DNA of 64,000 nucleotides from Candidatus Bathyarchaeota archaeon (lineage in GTDB: Archaea > Thermoproteota > Bathyarchaeia > Bathyarchaeales > Bathycorpusculaceae): positions 288,001 through 352,000 of the forward strand of contig CAWDYC010000004.1 of the NCBI GenBank assembly GCA_963806535.1, read 5' to 3'. Shown piece by piece: positions 34,426 to 45,800 of this stretch (positions are counted from its first letter, which is position 1; each line of letters starts with the position of its first letter). The notes beneath the pieces are model-generated. The model was given only the letters and a program-made list of their open reading frames with translations. It searched no databases and was not told where the DNA came from. The position numbers were made by a program, and so were the translations under genes.

Positions 34426-37311
34426 TTATTTGTCCCAGAATTCTCTTGTACGCAAATACTGAATCTTCGCTTTAAGCAAATCCATATAGAATTGTTCTTC
34501 GTCAGGATGCATTCTCCCAAGAATCCTCGAAGCTGTTTCGGGACCAACCCCTTTCACCTGCAACGCTTTAACCGCCTGTTTCCCATAGCTAAGAATCAAA
34601 TCGGCTTTCCGTCTGGCAGTACTCAGATCTTTGAGTTCTTCGGGAGTAAGTTCTTTGCCTTCACGGCGCTTCTTCAAATCTCCCTTCAACTTCTCTATGT
34701 CTTGGCTGAAATAAAGCAGGGTAAGCAAGCGTGAGTTGCAGATTTCGCATTGTGGCTCTTCAGGTAAATCTTTTACTCGCATTTGAGTTGTCCATGTTCC
34801 GCAGTTCATGCAGAGCAATTTGGCGCTTCTGGCTTCAATTGAGTGTTTCATTCTGTCAATGTTGCTTAAAATTACACTTTGAGGAGCCATCAACTCGGCG
34901 GTGTCCGCATACTGCATTAGAATGTGGTATGCCAGTGGCGATGGCGTTTCATGGGAAAGCGCAGTTACGGTGATTTTGCCTTTTCTTATTTCGTGCATTA
35001 TTTGTTTGGTTTTTTGCAGGTCTACTTTATCCATCATGGCTTCCCGAAGCGTCTCATCGTAAATTGGTGTGTCCTTAAAGGCGCCTTGGAGCTTTTCTGC
35101 CCGATCAGAATGAGCTAATGTTTTGCCTCTTGGCAGAGCGCCAAATCTCTCGGCAATAGCTTTCATTCGGCTTACAAATGGAAATTTGGAGTTCACATAT
35201 TTCAAAAATGTTTCATCTACACGCTCGTCAGTTAAGTCGAAGAGTTCTTTGGGTAAACCTTCAATTTCCATTCTGGAGAGTTTATGACTTGTTTCTATCA
35301 GAATGCGGTAGCCGTCTGTCCACCATCCCGTTATGGCTTCTCTTTCAGAGAGAACTGAATCAAAAATCCCGCCGAGTGTACGGTTAACAATTTCGCCAAA
35401 ACACGCGTGAACAACAATGTATCGGTCTAATACTTCTATGACTATTCGGTTTTGAGTGGGCAAGGGAGCTCCCGTTTTCAGGTAATCGCTAATTTCTAAT
35501 GCTGCATCCAGAAGTGTCGCCTTGTCAGTTTTCAATTCAGCGCCTAATTCTTGGGCTGCAACCTCAGGTTTTTTGCCCTCTTTGAGCAATGTGCCCAATT
35601 TCTCACGCATTTCCCCTGTCTGCTGAGCCAAATCAAATGGTACTGGCAGGATTTCTCCATCCCAACCAGGAATCGCAGCAGATGGGTCTTCAGCTGGCAC
35701 AACATGGACGGTTCCTGTTTCATCGTTGATTTGGACCATGCGCCAAACTTTGCCCCGCATAATAAAATGCAAACCAACTCGTGCATGCAGGGTCATGAAT
35801 TCATCGCCAAGCGTGCCTATTTTTCTGTCAGTAAGTATGTTAACTACTGGGTAGCGTTTTTCGTCGGGAATCATTGATAGGTTGCTGTAGTAGTATTCGC
35901 GGGTTCTTCCTGTTTTCTTCAAAACTTTTCCTTCTTCCTCAAGTCTAAGTTTACGCAGACTCTCTAAAAACTGTACCACATCTTGAAGCTTCTCTTCAGT
36001 GAGTGTGCTATACGGGTAGGCGCGATTAACAATTTTTAAGAGTTCAGTTTGGCTTATAGTCTCTTTGTCCATGAGAATGCCTGCAATTTGGTGAGCCAAA
36101 ACATCCAATGCATTTTTGTGGAATAATACGGGTTCAAGCCTGTTATGTTTCGCATTTTGCACAGCCGCCATTGACTCTAAAGTGTCATCAGGAAAAGCAG
36201 TTATGATTACTCCGTCCGAGAGTCGTTCAAGGCTATGCCCGCTTCTGCCAACCCGCTGGATTAAGCTGCTGACTTGTCGCGGCGACATGTATTGAATAAC
36301 CAAATCCACGTTGCCGATATCTATGCCGAGCTCAAGAGTGCTTGTGCAGATGATTGCTTTTATTGTTCCAGCTTTAAATGCATCTTCTACCCTGGTCCGT
36401 TCTTCTTTTGAAAGCGAGCCATGATGTACAGCTATGTCTGTGCGGTTGAGTTGGTCAAATCGGTGTCCAAGCAATTCGGCTATAGTTCGACTATTAACAA
36501 AAACCAAAGACGACCTATGAGTGTCGATTAGTTCGGTTAACCTTCGAATCCTAGCTGATGCTTCCGGGGAAGTTTCCAATTTTGCCGCCAATTCGTAGTC
36601 CTTTTCTGTCGGCGTCAGATATTCGACACGATAACGATAGTTTTTAGCCAAAACCGCCTGCACAATGCTGATTTCCCTTCCCGTTCCTGCAATAAATTTC
36701 GCAACTTCATCTGGATTGCCAACTGTAGCGGATAAACCGATTCTTTGGAACTCTTTGCCAGTGACTTCTAAAACTCGTTCAAGCGCTATTGAAAGTTGAG
36801 CACCACGTTTACTCTCCGCCAAATCATGCACCTCATCAATAATTACACATTGCACGTTGCTGAGGTGTCGACGCATTTGTGAACCAGGTAAAATCGCTTG
36901 CAACGTTTCGGGCGTTGTAACAAGCATTTGAGGTGGCTTTAGCGCCTGTTTCCTACGGATTTTCATTTCCGTGTCACCATGCCTCACTTCCACAGTAATA
37001 TCTAACTGGTTGGCCCAAAACGTTAACCGTTTAAACATGTCACGGTTCAACGCACGCAGAGGCGTGATGTAAATCACTTGAATGCCCGCTTGCTCCTCAT
37101 TTTTCGATTCAACCAACTTAGAGAAAACCGGTAACAGGACAGCTTCGGTTTTTCCTGTCCCCGTTGGGGCAATCAACAATACGTTCTTGCCTTCCAGAAC
37201 TAGCGGAAAAGCTAAAGTCTGCGGTAAGGTGGGCTCAGAGAACCCAAGCTCAGCTAAAGCTTTGCGGACAGTTTTAGCGAGTAACTCGAAAACAGAGCTT
37301 TTAACTTGCAT
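34426..37311 (-). CDS. lhr: Lhr-family SF2 helicase with C-terminal Zn finger
   Basis: APTGTGKT, TTPETL, DEVH, SAT, HHGSLS, LELGIDIG, QRVGRSGH; CxxC..CxxC. Confidence 0.93.
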   Translation of the reverse strand: MQVKSSVFELLAKTVRKALAELGFSEPTLPQTLAFPLVLEGKNVLLIAPTGTGKTEAVLLPVFSKLVESKNEEQAGIQVIYITPLRALNRDMFKRLTFWANQLDITVEVRHGDTEMKIRRKQALKPPQMLVTTPETLQAILPGSQMRRHLSNVQCVIIDEVHDLAESKRGAQLSIALERVLEVTGKEFQRIGLSATVGNPDEVAKFIAGTGREISIVQAVLAKNYRYRVEYLTPTEKDYELAAKLETSPEASARIRRLTELIDTHRSSLVFVNSRTIAELLGHRFDQLNRTDIAVHHGSLSKEERTRVEDAFKAGTIKAIICTSTLELGIDIGNVDLVIQYMSPRQVSSLIQRVGRSGHSLERLSDGVIITAFPDDTLESMAAVQNAKHNRLEPVLFHKNALDVLAHQIAGILMDKETISQTELLKIVNRAYPYSTLTEEKLQDVVQFLESLRKLRLEEEGKVLKKTGRTREYYYSNLSMIPDEKRYPVVNILTDRKIGTLGDEFMTLHARVGLHFIMRGKVWRMVQINDETGTVHVVPAEDPSAAIPGWDGEILPVPFDLAQQTGEMREKLGTLLKEGKKPEVAAQELGAELKTDKATLLDAALEISDYLKTGAPLPTQNRIVIEVLDRYIVVHACFGEIVNRTLGGIFDSVLSEREAITGWWTDGYRILIETSHKLSRMEIEGLPKELFDLTDERVDETFLKYVNSKFPFVSRMKAIAERFGALPRGKTLAHSDRAEKLQGAFKDTPIYDETLREAMMDKVDLQKTKQIMHEIRKGKITVTALSHETPSPLAYHILMQYADTAELMAPQSVILSNIDRMKHSIEARSAKLLCMNCGTWTTQMRVKDLPEEPQCEICNSRLLTLLYFSQDIEKLKGDLKKRREGKELTPEELKDLSTARRKADLILSYGKQAVKALQVKGVGPETASRILGRMHPDEEQFYMDLLKAKIQYLRTREFWDK

Positions 37312-37617
37312 TTTCTTGATTTAACTTACCGCAGAAACAATGTTTTAACTCTTTAGCTAATACAACTCCTATTTTGCCCTGATTAAACATATTTTTGAAA
37401 AAACCAAATGAATATCTTCTAAACTAGATCTTTGATTAGAGAAAATTGCCCTCAAAAGAATTTGAAAAAAGCCCGGGAATGCCACTAATGCACTAAATAC
37501 CATGCTGCCAGGGGTCAACCATCATATTTTACGAAGCGTAAGTGTTCGCATTCTTTTGGGTTAAATCTATAATTGTCGATGCTATAATGTTTCATACCGC
37601 CAATTAGGGTGTAGAAT

Positions 37618-40194
37618 GTGACGTCCTCTGATGCAGCGTCTGTAGTGTTTGTTGACAGGGAAACCGAATTTGACACCATTAACAAGCTACTGGCGACTGG
37701 AGATGTTCTCGTTTTAGGTGAAGCAGGAATAGGAAAAACATCTCTAATCAATAAAGTCGTTGGTAAAATAAAGGAAAAAGATTCCAAAGATACTATTCTA
37801 TTTCGTATAAATGTAACATCCGCCCCTTATGGCGGTTGGTTATCTCAAAGAATCGCTTTGATGGCATATGACCAAATAAAATCTGATGAGAAGAAATTTT
37901 CTAAAATTAAGAATTGGCTGGTAAAATATTATCCAGATTTGCTTAACTTTATTCAGGTTATCTTAAGCATGGAAGGAAAACTAACTGGTCAGCAAATTAT
38001 TACTACAAATGCGCTATGTTTAAACTCACAAGTAGATAGAACAAATTTGCCAAATAATTTGAACAAAGCAATTTCCTCTTTGCTTGAACAATACACGAAA
38101 GAATTTGGTAAAAATGTCTATGTTATCGTTGAGGATACGCATGAATTGTCGATGGAAGATAAGAAATTTTTAGCTGAGTTACTCTCAAACCATTCATCAG
38201 AAATTCATATCATATTGTCCAGACGAAGTCAGGACGAGAGTCAATCGCTTTACTCGTCACCTGAAATAAATTATTTTATGAGAGCTGAAAGGATTGTTTA
38301 CATCAATGGATTGGATAGAACTGCCGTAAGTACATTATTTACACAATTGGGCTTAAATTTTGATTTCAAAACTGTTGACAAAATTATGGCTTTCTCAAAG
38401 GGAAATCCTTACATACTTAAACTTTTAGCAAGATTAACTGAAGAAGACGAAAGTAAAATTAATAGTAAAATCCTTTCAAATCCCGATCACAGAGTTTTTA
38501 ATATTTGGAATTACGTTCATTCTCAATTTTTCGAAAAATTTATCGAGTTTGGACCTATTTTAAAGGCTTCTTCGATTCTACCCTCAGACATTCATGCTGA
38601 GTTAATAGGGAAATTACTAAATAGAAAAGACTTTCAGTTCATTCAAAATCAATTGCAGGAATTGGAGAGAAGAGGAATTTTATATAAAGACGAAGAAATG
38701 GGTTTTCACTTCTTCCATCCTTTATTTGCAATGTATCTCTACGGACAATTGGCTATCAACTATAGGAAAAACATGCATAGGATTGTTGGTTTATATTACA
38801 AAGCTTTAGCTAAAGAATCGCCTAAGCCGTTATATTTGGTGGCTACTCAATATCATGCCGAAAAAGCTGGAGACAAAGAATTAGAATTTTGGGTATTGCA
38901 GTATTTTGCAGAAATTTTTTACTATGTAGGAAAAATAATAGAAAGCAAAGAGCACTCTAACAAAGCATTAAACGTAGCTTTGGATTTAAAGGACAGCAGG
39001 AAAGAGTTTCATTGCCTAATTTTACAATTTGGTTTATCAACAAAAACAAAAATAGAAAATCTTGATCAAAAACTATTGCGTTTAAGGTATCTGGCTACAA
39101 AAGTAAAATTGAATGAAAGGGACAAAATTAACGCTCTTTGGGCTGAAGCGAATTATTTTGCAGGTTTGGGCGATCCTGCAAAAGCGATTAATCCAATTAA
39201 GAAATGTCGTAAAATGGTAAAAAGACTCGGTGATGATCAAAATTATTTTCTATTGGTTCAATATGAAGCTTCGTTGTTATTGGATCTTAGAGAAAAAGAA
39301 AAAGCGAGGAAGCTTCTCATCAAATGCCTTGCTGAATTTAAGAAATTAGGTGATGAGAAAGGCATAATGTATGTTCTGGGGGAAATGGGTAATTTGGAAG
39401 GAATGTCAAATGGCGAAAAAGCTCTAGAATACTTTGGAAAATGCCTAGAGATTGCTCGTAAAAGGCAAGACCTCTCTTCGATTGCTAATTCATTGCATGG
39501 AGTTGGCGTCGCAAACTTGGAACTTGGAAAACATAATCAAGCGCTGAAAGACTTCAACGAATGCATAGAAATCACTGAAAAACTTGGCGATATCAAAGGG
39601 TTAATGCAAACTTACTTAGAGCTCGCTCGTCTTTTGATCCTAAAGCAAGAATTCAAGAAAGCCAAATCTCTTATTGAAAAAGCCCGTGCTATCGCAAAAG
39701 ACTCTGAACATCTGGAAGGCAATGCTTGGACAGAACTCGTAACAGGAGAATTTTTTAACGCAAAAGGCCAGCTATACGAAGCTAGACAATGGTTTTTGGA
39801 TGCAGGCAATCGCTTCAATCAGCTTGGTATTGGTGACAGCGCAAAATATGCACTCAATCGTGCAAATGAAATACTGCCTTTACACGTAGAGGAACAAATT
39901 CGAAAATTTACACAAATTGGAACAGATGGATTGACCGAATGTGAAAGAAGAATCAATCCCTTTGTTGGAAAAACGGTTAGAGTGGTAACCAATGAAGGTA
40001 TTTGGGTAAACAAGTCATTAACCCAAATGCATAGAACTTATCTTGGCGTTGTAAGGAAAAAAAAGTATTTGGGAAAAATAACACAAATAGATCGACTACT
40101 TGGGATTGGAGAAAATGAATGGTGGATAGAAGGTTGTGTTATTGACGAATGTGAGTTACCGATTTCCAATTATTTGATTCTGCCATATACTTAG
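37618..40194 (+). CDS. STAND-like P-loop NTPase with TPR array and unknown C-terminal domain; AT-rich
   Basis: FVDRETE, GEAGIGKT, VIVEDTH, SKGNPYIL, FFHPLF, TPR-like helices. Confidence 0.8.
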   Translation: MTSSDAASVVFVDRETEFDTINKLLATGDVLVLGEAGIGKTSLINKVVGKIKEKDSKDTILFRINVTSAPYGGWLSQRIALMAYDQIKSDEKKFSKIKNWLVKYYPDLLNFIQVILSMEGKLTGQQIITTNALCLNSQVDRTNLPNNLNKAISSLLEQYTKEFGKNVYVIVEDTHELSMEDKKFLAELLSNHSSEIHIILSRRSQDESQSLYSSPEINYFMRAERIVYINGLDRTAVSTLFTQLGLNFDFKTVDKIMAFSKGNPYILKLLARLTEEDESKINSKILSNPDHRVFNIWNYVHSQFFEKFIEFGPILKASSILPSDIHAELIGKLLNRKDFQFIQNQLQELERRGILYKDEEMGFHFFHPLFAMYLYGQLAINYRKNMHRIVGLYYKALAKESPKPLYLVATQYHAEKAGDKELEFWVLQYFAEIFYYVGKIIESKEHSNKALNVALDLKDSRKEFHCLILQFGLSTKTKIENLDQKLLRLRYLATKVKLNERDKINALWAEANYFAGLGDPAKAINPIKKCRKMVKRLGDDQNYFLLVQYEASLLLDLREKEKARKLLIKCLAEFKKLGDEKGIMYVLGEMGNLEGMSNGEKALEYFGKCLEIARKRQDLSSIANSLHGVGVANLELGKHNQALKDFNECIEITEKLGDIKGLMQTYLELARLLILKQEFKKAKSLIEKARAIAKDSEHLEGNAWTELVTGEFFNAKGQLYEARQWFLDAGNRFNQLGIGDSAKYALNRANEILPLHVEEQIRKFTQIGTDGLTECERRINPFVGKTVRVVTNEGIWVNKSLTQMHRTYLGVVRKKKYLGKITQIDRLLGIGENEWWIEGCVIDECELPISNYLILPYT

Positions 40195-40307
40195 TTGAAT
40201 CTATTTCTGAACTTTAAAACAAATATGCTTCTCTACTTTTTACTAGTGATAATGGTTTTTATTTAGGTTTAGCAAATCTATAGGTCACGCATAAGAGGTA
40301 CTTTTGG

Positions 40308-41483
40308 TTGAATGGAAAACCGCTCGTTAGCATAATCAGCGCTGGTATGTCCAAATTCGGCAAACATGATGGTTTACTTGCAAGAGAAATCTTTTCCGAA
40401 GCGGCACTTGAAGCCTTCGGCCGTTGCCCCAAACTTGACCCGAAAGGTGATATCAAAGCTCTATTCATCGGTCATATGGGTGAAGCCTACGAGCATCAAG
40501 GGCACATGGGTGCAGCCGCAGCTGACTGGGCAGGACTAACAGGTATCCCAGCTACTCGAACAGAATCTGCTTGTGCTTCTTCAGGTACAGCTTTGAGAGC
40601 GGGAATTTACGCCACAATGTCAGGACTGGCCGACGTGGTTATGGTTGGCGGTGTTGAAAAGATGACGCATCGCACAACTGTTGAGGTCACAGAGTATTTG
40701 GCTATGGCTTCAGATTACCCTTTCGAACAATTTCACGGAATAACGTTTCCAGCATTATTTGCGATGATGGCAACTGCCCACATGCACGACTTTGGCACAA
40801 CGGAGAAGCAAATGGCTTCAGTTGCAGTTAAAAACCATTATCATGGAAGCCTTAACCCCAAAGCTCACATGCAAAAAGAAATTACCCTCGAAGCTGCTTT
40901 AGCTTCACGCTATGTGGCTTGGCCATTAAAACTGTTTGACTGTTCCTTGATAACTGACGGCGCAAGTTGCATAATTCTTACAAAACCTGAATTGGCAAGC
41001 AAATACACGGACATGCCAGTTAATATTATTGGCAGTGGGCAAGCCAGCGATAGTATAGGATTATACGAACGCAAAAGCCTCACCTCATTAAATGCCACCA
41101 AGCTCGCTGCCAAGACAGCTTATGAAATGGCAAATGCTAAGCCAAGCGATATTGACCTAGCTGAGGTTCATGATTGTTTCACGTTCGCTGAACTCATGGC
41201 CTACGAAGATTTAGAATTCTGTCCCGTTGGCGAGGGCGGTAAACTGATTGAAAGCCGCGAAACTTACCTTGGCGGGCGCATTCCAGTTAATACAAGCGGT
41301 GGATTAAAGGCAAAAGGACACCCAGTCGGTGCTACAGGAACCGCTCAAGCTTACGAAATATATCTACAGCTTACTGATCAAGCTGGGAAACGCCAAGTAA
41401 AAGATGCAAAAATAGGCTTAACTCATAATGTTGGTGGGTCAGGAGCTACCTCCGCAGTTCATATCTATAGGAGGGAACGATAA
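40308..41483 (+). CDS. Archaeal thiolase (acetyl-CoA C-acyltransferase/SCP2-type)
   Basis: ESACASS, EVHDCF, NTSGGLKAKGHPVGATG, HNVGG. Confidence 0.93.
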   Translation: MNGKPLVSIISAGMSKFGKHDGLLAREIFSEAALEAFGRCPKLDPKGDIKALFIGHMGEAYEHQGHMGAAAADWAGLTGIPATRTESACASSGTALRAGIYATMSGLADVVMVGGVEKMTHRTTVEVTEYLAMASDYPFEQFHGITFPALFAMMATAHMHDFGTTEKQMASVAVKNHYHGSLNPKAHMQKEITLEAALASRYVAWPLKLFDCSLITDGASCIILTKPELASKYTDMPVNIIGSGQASDSIGLYERKSLTSLNATKLAAKTAYEMANAKPSDIDLAEVHDCFTFAELMAYEDLEFCPVGEGGKLIESRETYLGGRIPVNTSGGLKAKGHPVGATGTAQAYEIYLQLTDQAGKRQVKDAKIGLTHNVGGSGATSAVHIYRRER

Positions 41484-41878
41484 TGAGCCAGCACCCGTTC
41501 ACAATCGAGCAATTCTACAAGTTTCTAAAAGAGCAAAAGCTGATGGCAGCCCAATGCCTTCAATGCGGAAAAATCCATATGCCCCCAAGACCCATGTGCG
41601 ATAACTGCTTCTCAAAAGACTTTGAATGGGTCCACGTTTCTGGAAACGGCAAACTGCTTACCTTCACTGTCATTAGTGTGGCGCCTCAACAATTCCAAGC
41701 TTTGATACCGTATGCTGTTGGCATTGTCCAACTGGAGAACGGCTTGAAAATTCCAGGTATGATTCAGTGTTTAACGCAGGAACAACTGAAAATAGGCATG
41801 GAGTTAACGTTGGATTTTGGCACTTGCAGCACAACGCAAGCGTGGCCGCAGTGGCAGAGGTACTGCTTTAAACCTTAA
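41483..41878 (+). CDS. DUF35 Zn-ribbon/OB-fold thiolase partner
   Basis: CLQCG..PPRPMCDNC, PYAVGIVQLENG; coupled to thiolase. Confidence 0.9.
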   Translation: MSQHPFTIEQFYKFLKEQKLMAAQCLQCGKIHMPPRPMCDNCFSKDFEWVHVSGNGKLLTFTVISVAPQQFQALIPYAVGIVQLENGLKIPGMIQCLTQEQLKIGMELTLDFGTCSTTQAWPQWQRYCFKP

Positions 41879-41920
41879 CTAACCTAAAAAGTATCAACTC
41901 CGTTTTGCTTGAAGTGTTTA

Positions 41921-42020
41921 AAAAATAGGTGAGTCTCCCACTAACGATTGAAAAATAACCTCTTTTAGGAAGAGAGGGGGAATACATTCCAACCGCTTCG
42001 CAGGTACTCCTCACCTACCA
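41921..42020 (-). ncRNA. Candidate ~100-nt structured small RNA
   Basis: Closing stem UAGGUGAG/CUCACCUA, two inner hairpins, upstream minus-strand AAACCTTATATAC promoter-like motif, downstream T-run. Confidence 0.55.
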
Positions 42021-42134
42021 ATTCAGTGCTCACTCGCTTCGTATATAAGGTTTATTCAATTTTTTTACTTATAGAATAAAGAAAAGCTTTATTGCAAATG
42101 GAAAACAATGCTTCAATTTGAAGCTGAATAAACA

Positions 42135-42746
42135 ATGGATAAGAATGCCAAAGTTTGCCTTGTTTCCTGTAGCGTTCTAAGAGAAGAACTCGAACAGTTA
42201 GTCAAACAGGGTAGCCTCGATGTGGACCTTATTTTTGTCAGTAAATACTTTCACGTCGACTATGAAACAGTGGAAAAAAACCTGCGCCGTGTTTTAGAAC
42301 ATGCGCTGAAAAGTTCTAATCGCAAAGTTGTATTGGTTTACGGTGACCTCTGTCTTGGACCAAACGGCGAAATGAAAAAGATAGCCGAAGAATACGGAAT
42401 AGTCAAGGTTGATGCGGTTAACTGTGTAGACTGCCAACTTGGAGGCAAAGGAAAATCCTTAGATGCCGACCCTGAACACAACTTAATGTTTATGGGTCCA
42501 GGCATGGTAGAATTCTTCAAACATATGAAAGGCGAACTTCTTAAGCAAGGCATGGATGAGGCGGCTTTTGTTGGCATGTTTAGCGGTATCAAAGGTTTCG
42601 TGTTATTGGACACTTGCGGTACCGCTGAAGAAATGAAAAAAGAACTAGAAGAAGCGGGACTTGGAGTGCCCATAATTGAAACGAGGCAAGTTGGGCTTGA
42701 GAATGTTAGGCGAGTGGTTTTTGATGCAATTTCAACGTGCAAGTAG
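42135..42746 (+). CDS. DUF1638 domain protein
   Basis: LVSCSVLREE, VLVYGDLC, AVNCVDCQLGG. Confidence 0.75.
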   Translation: MDKNAKVCLVSCSVLREELEQLVKQGSLDVDLIFVSKYFHVDYETVEKNLRRVLEHALKSSNRKVVLVYGDLCLGPNGEMKKIAEEYGIVKVDAVNCVDCQLGGKGKSLDADPEHNLMFMGPGMVEFFKHMKGELLKQGMDEAAFVGMFSGIKGFVLLDTCGTAEEMKKELEEAGLGVPIIETRQVGLENVRRVVFDAISTCK

Positions 42747-42871
42747 AGCCAAGTGACTCTTTTACGGCTTAAAAGTTAAGAAATTGATTGCTTGCAGCAT
42801 CATGGAGTTACCGCAAATATTAAAGAAGCATCAGCCTATAATGCAGACTATTACATTTGGGTGTGCTTTGG

Positions 42872-45800
42872 ATGACGCAAACAATTACTTCTCAGCCTAT
42901 GAAGCGTGTTGAAGATTGGAAATCGCGGTTAATTGATTTGTCAAGAAGAAACAATCTTCTTTATTTCAAAAAGAATAAACGGGGAAGCATACCTATCTCG
43001 CAACCTGATCCTCAGGCAATCTTCAACGCACTTGTTTTGAAAAAGCGTCATTTGGAATTTTGGTTACCTCCTGAAGAAACAAAGCAACCTGAACAACCAG
43101 AAAAAATCCTAGAGAAAACCAAAGGAAAAGCAAAAGCAAAAACCGCTAAAGCTAAAGTAAAAGCTTCTATTAAAGAAACAACCCCGGAAGAACCAAAACC
43201 TCCGACAGCAAATCAACTTGTAAGCGGAAACCTGACTCGTTTGGAACTTGAAAGAAACCTGAAAGGCTTGCAGTGGCGCTCACTTCTGGATTATCGAGAA
43301 CGTGGTGTCCGGATTTTATACGCTGCCTTCGGTACTATTAACTGGGTTGACCTGGAAACCAAAGAAAATGTTACGTCACCCCTTATTCTGGTACCCTTAG
43401 AGTTGACACGAGATTCAATACGCCAACCCTATACAATAGCTGTACCCCCAGTTGAAGAGGAAGCGGTTCTAAACCCTGCTTTGCAGGTTAAACTGAAAAA
43501 TGATTACAAAATTGATTTGCCCGACCTGCCTGAAGAATGGGAAACACAAAACTTAGCCGATTACTACAATTTGGTTAATCAAACTGTTTCGCAAATGGGT
43601 TGGAAAGCTGAGCAGTCAGTTGACCTAGGACTTTTCTCATTCCAAAAATTAGTTATCTATAAGGATCTTGAAACTAACGCTGCCTTAGTTACCCAGCATC
43701 CTATTGTTAAAGCGATCGCGGGCGTCAAAGAAGACAACCTGGTTTTAAGTGGATTGCCTGAAGAGAAAGATGTTGACAGAATTGAGTTGCCTCCTACAAC
43801 GTATCAGGTTCTTGACGCGGATAGCAGCCAAAGAATCTCAATTCAATATGCTCTCCATGGACAAAGCTTCGTAATGAAAGGTCCGCCTGGAACGGGAAAA
43901 AGCCAAACAATCGCAAATATAATCGCAGAATGCATAGCCAACGGAAAATCCGTTCTGTTTGTCAGTGACAAAATGGCTGCCCTTGAAGTAGTTTACAAAC
44001 GTTTAAGCGAAGTTGGGTTAGCACACTTCTGCCTTGAACTCCACAGCAGCAAAGCCAACAAACAGCAAGTTGTAGCCGAACTCAAACGCAGTCTCGACGA
44101 AAACCTTGTACCCCGCAAATTGCCTTCCGCACACGATTTTGAAAAGATGACAGAATATCGTGAGGCGCTCAATGGTTATGTTACGGCTTTGCATGAACCG
44201 CGTTCATATTTCCAGAGAAGTGCTTATGACGTTTTAAGTTTAATTTCAAGCCTTGAGCGGGTTCCATTTGTTCCGGTAGGCTTGACAGAGCTAGGAACGC
44301 TGACGCCTCAGAAAATGCATGAACTTGAAGCCCTTGTTTCTCAACTCAGCAAGGTATGGCAAGTAATCGAAGAACAAGATTTCCCATGGCTCGGATACCG
44401 CGCCAACGCCTATAATCTTGAAATCCGCTCAGAAGTATTAACTGCTCTTGAAAACATTAACGAAAAATTACGAGAATTGCAACTTGAAGCCGAAGATTTC
44501 TCAGCAAAGCTCGGATTGTTTCCACCAGAAACATTTGCCAAGATAAAGTGGCTGCTTGAAGTAAGCAAGTTCCTCTCTGAAAGCCCCAAGCCAGACGCTT
44601 ATTGGCTAACAAACCCAGACGTTGAAAAACTCTTAAACGAAGCCAAAAACTACTATGAAACCGCCGTGTGGATTAAGAACACCCGTCTCAGCTTAAACGA
44701 ACGTTACGACGAATCGTTATTCAATTTGCCTTTGAACAGGTCAACAGAAATCAAACTGGGTCTTGAAGCTCTCAATAAAATGCTACCAGCCGTTGAGTTG
44801 CAAGAAAGCGAATTTTTACAGAAACAAGAAAGGCTTCTAGCATTTATAAGAAACACACAAATAATTTCCAGAAAGTGGCGCGAAATCTCTCAAGCTTTAG
44901 CCCCAATGCTAGGATTAGATAGTGAGGGTTTGACCATCCAACAACTTAAAGAACTCTCGCGAATGGCCCTTTTAATTTTTGCTGAGGATAAGCCTGAGCC
45001 ACAATGGTTTGACGCTAAATATTTCGAGCAAGTTCAAGAAACAGTAACTAAAACAAAACGGCTCTACCAAGACCACAACTTGTTAAAAAGCAGGTTAGAC
45101 GAAACCTACACAGATGGCCTGTTCGAACTGGACTTTGACGGACTTATCGCAAGATACAGCAACGATTACCAAGGCTCTCTAAAAATATTTAACTCAAGTT
45201 ACCGCAACGACCAAAAACAAATCTCCAGAGTAACAAACAACGGCAAAGTTCCAAAAACCATACTAAACGACCTAATTGACGCCCGGAAAGTCAAAAAAAT
45301 GCAGGCTCAGATTGAAGAATCAACTGAAACAGTCCGTACCCTGCTTGGTCATTTCTACCACAAGTCCAAAACAGACTTCCAAGGCGCAGAAAAAGCCATA
45401 GATTTAACAAACGAAATCCGCAAACTCTCATGGGTAACAACAATCCCAGAAAATCTCATTAGACTAATCACAAATAACTCGAACCCTTCGCCAATGATTA
45501 AAAATTTAGGCTTAGAATTGCAGGAGTCGGTTGAGAAGTGGGAGCAACAAACCAAAGACTTTGACCTCTTGATACCTCTGAACTTGCCCAAATCAACCTT
45601 ACCCATAACACAAACCTCTCTGCCAATTCTTGAGGACTGGGCAAACGAAACTGAAAAACAACTAAACCCACTTTACACATTAACCAAGGAAACGCTTACA
45701 ACTTGCAAGCAAGAACCGCAAAGCTACAAGCAACTATTAGAAGACCTCAGAAACGCAGAAGAAATACGTAAGAAAGAAGCTGCAATAGTTGGAGAAAAAG

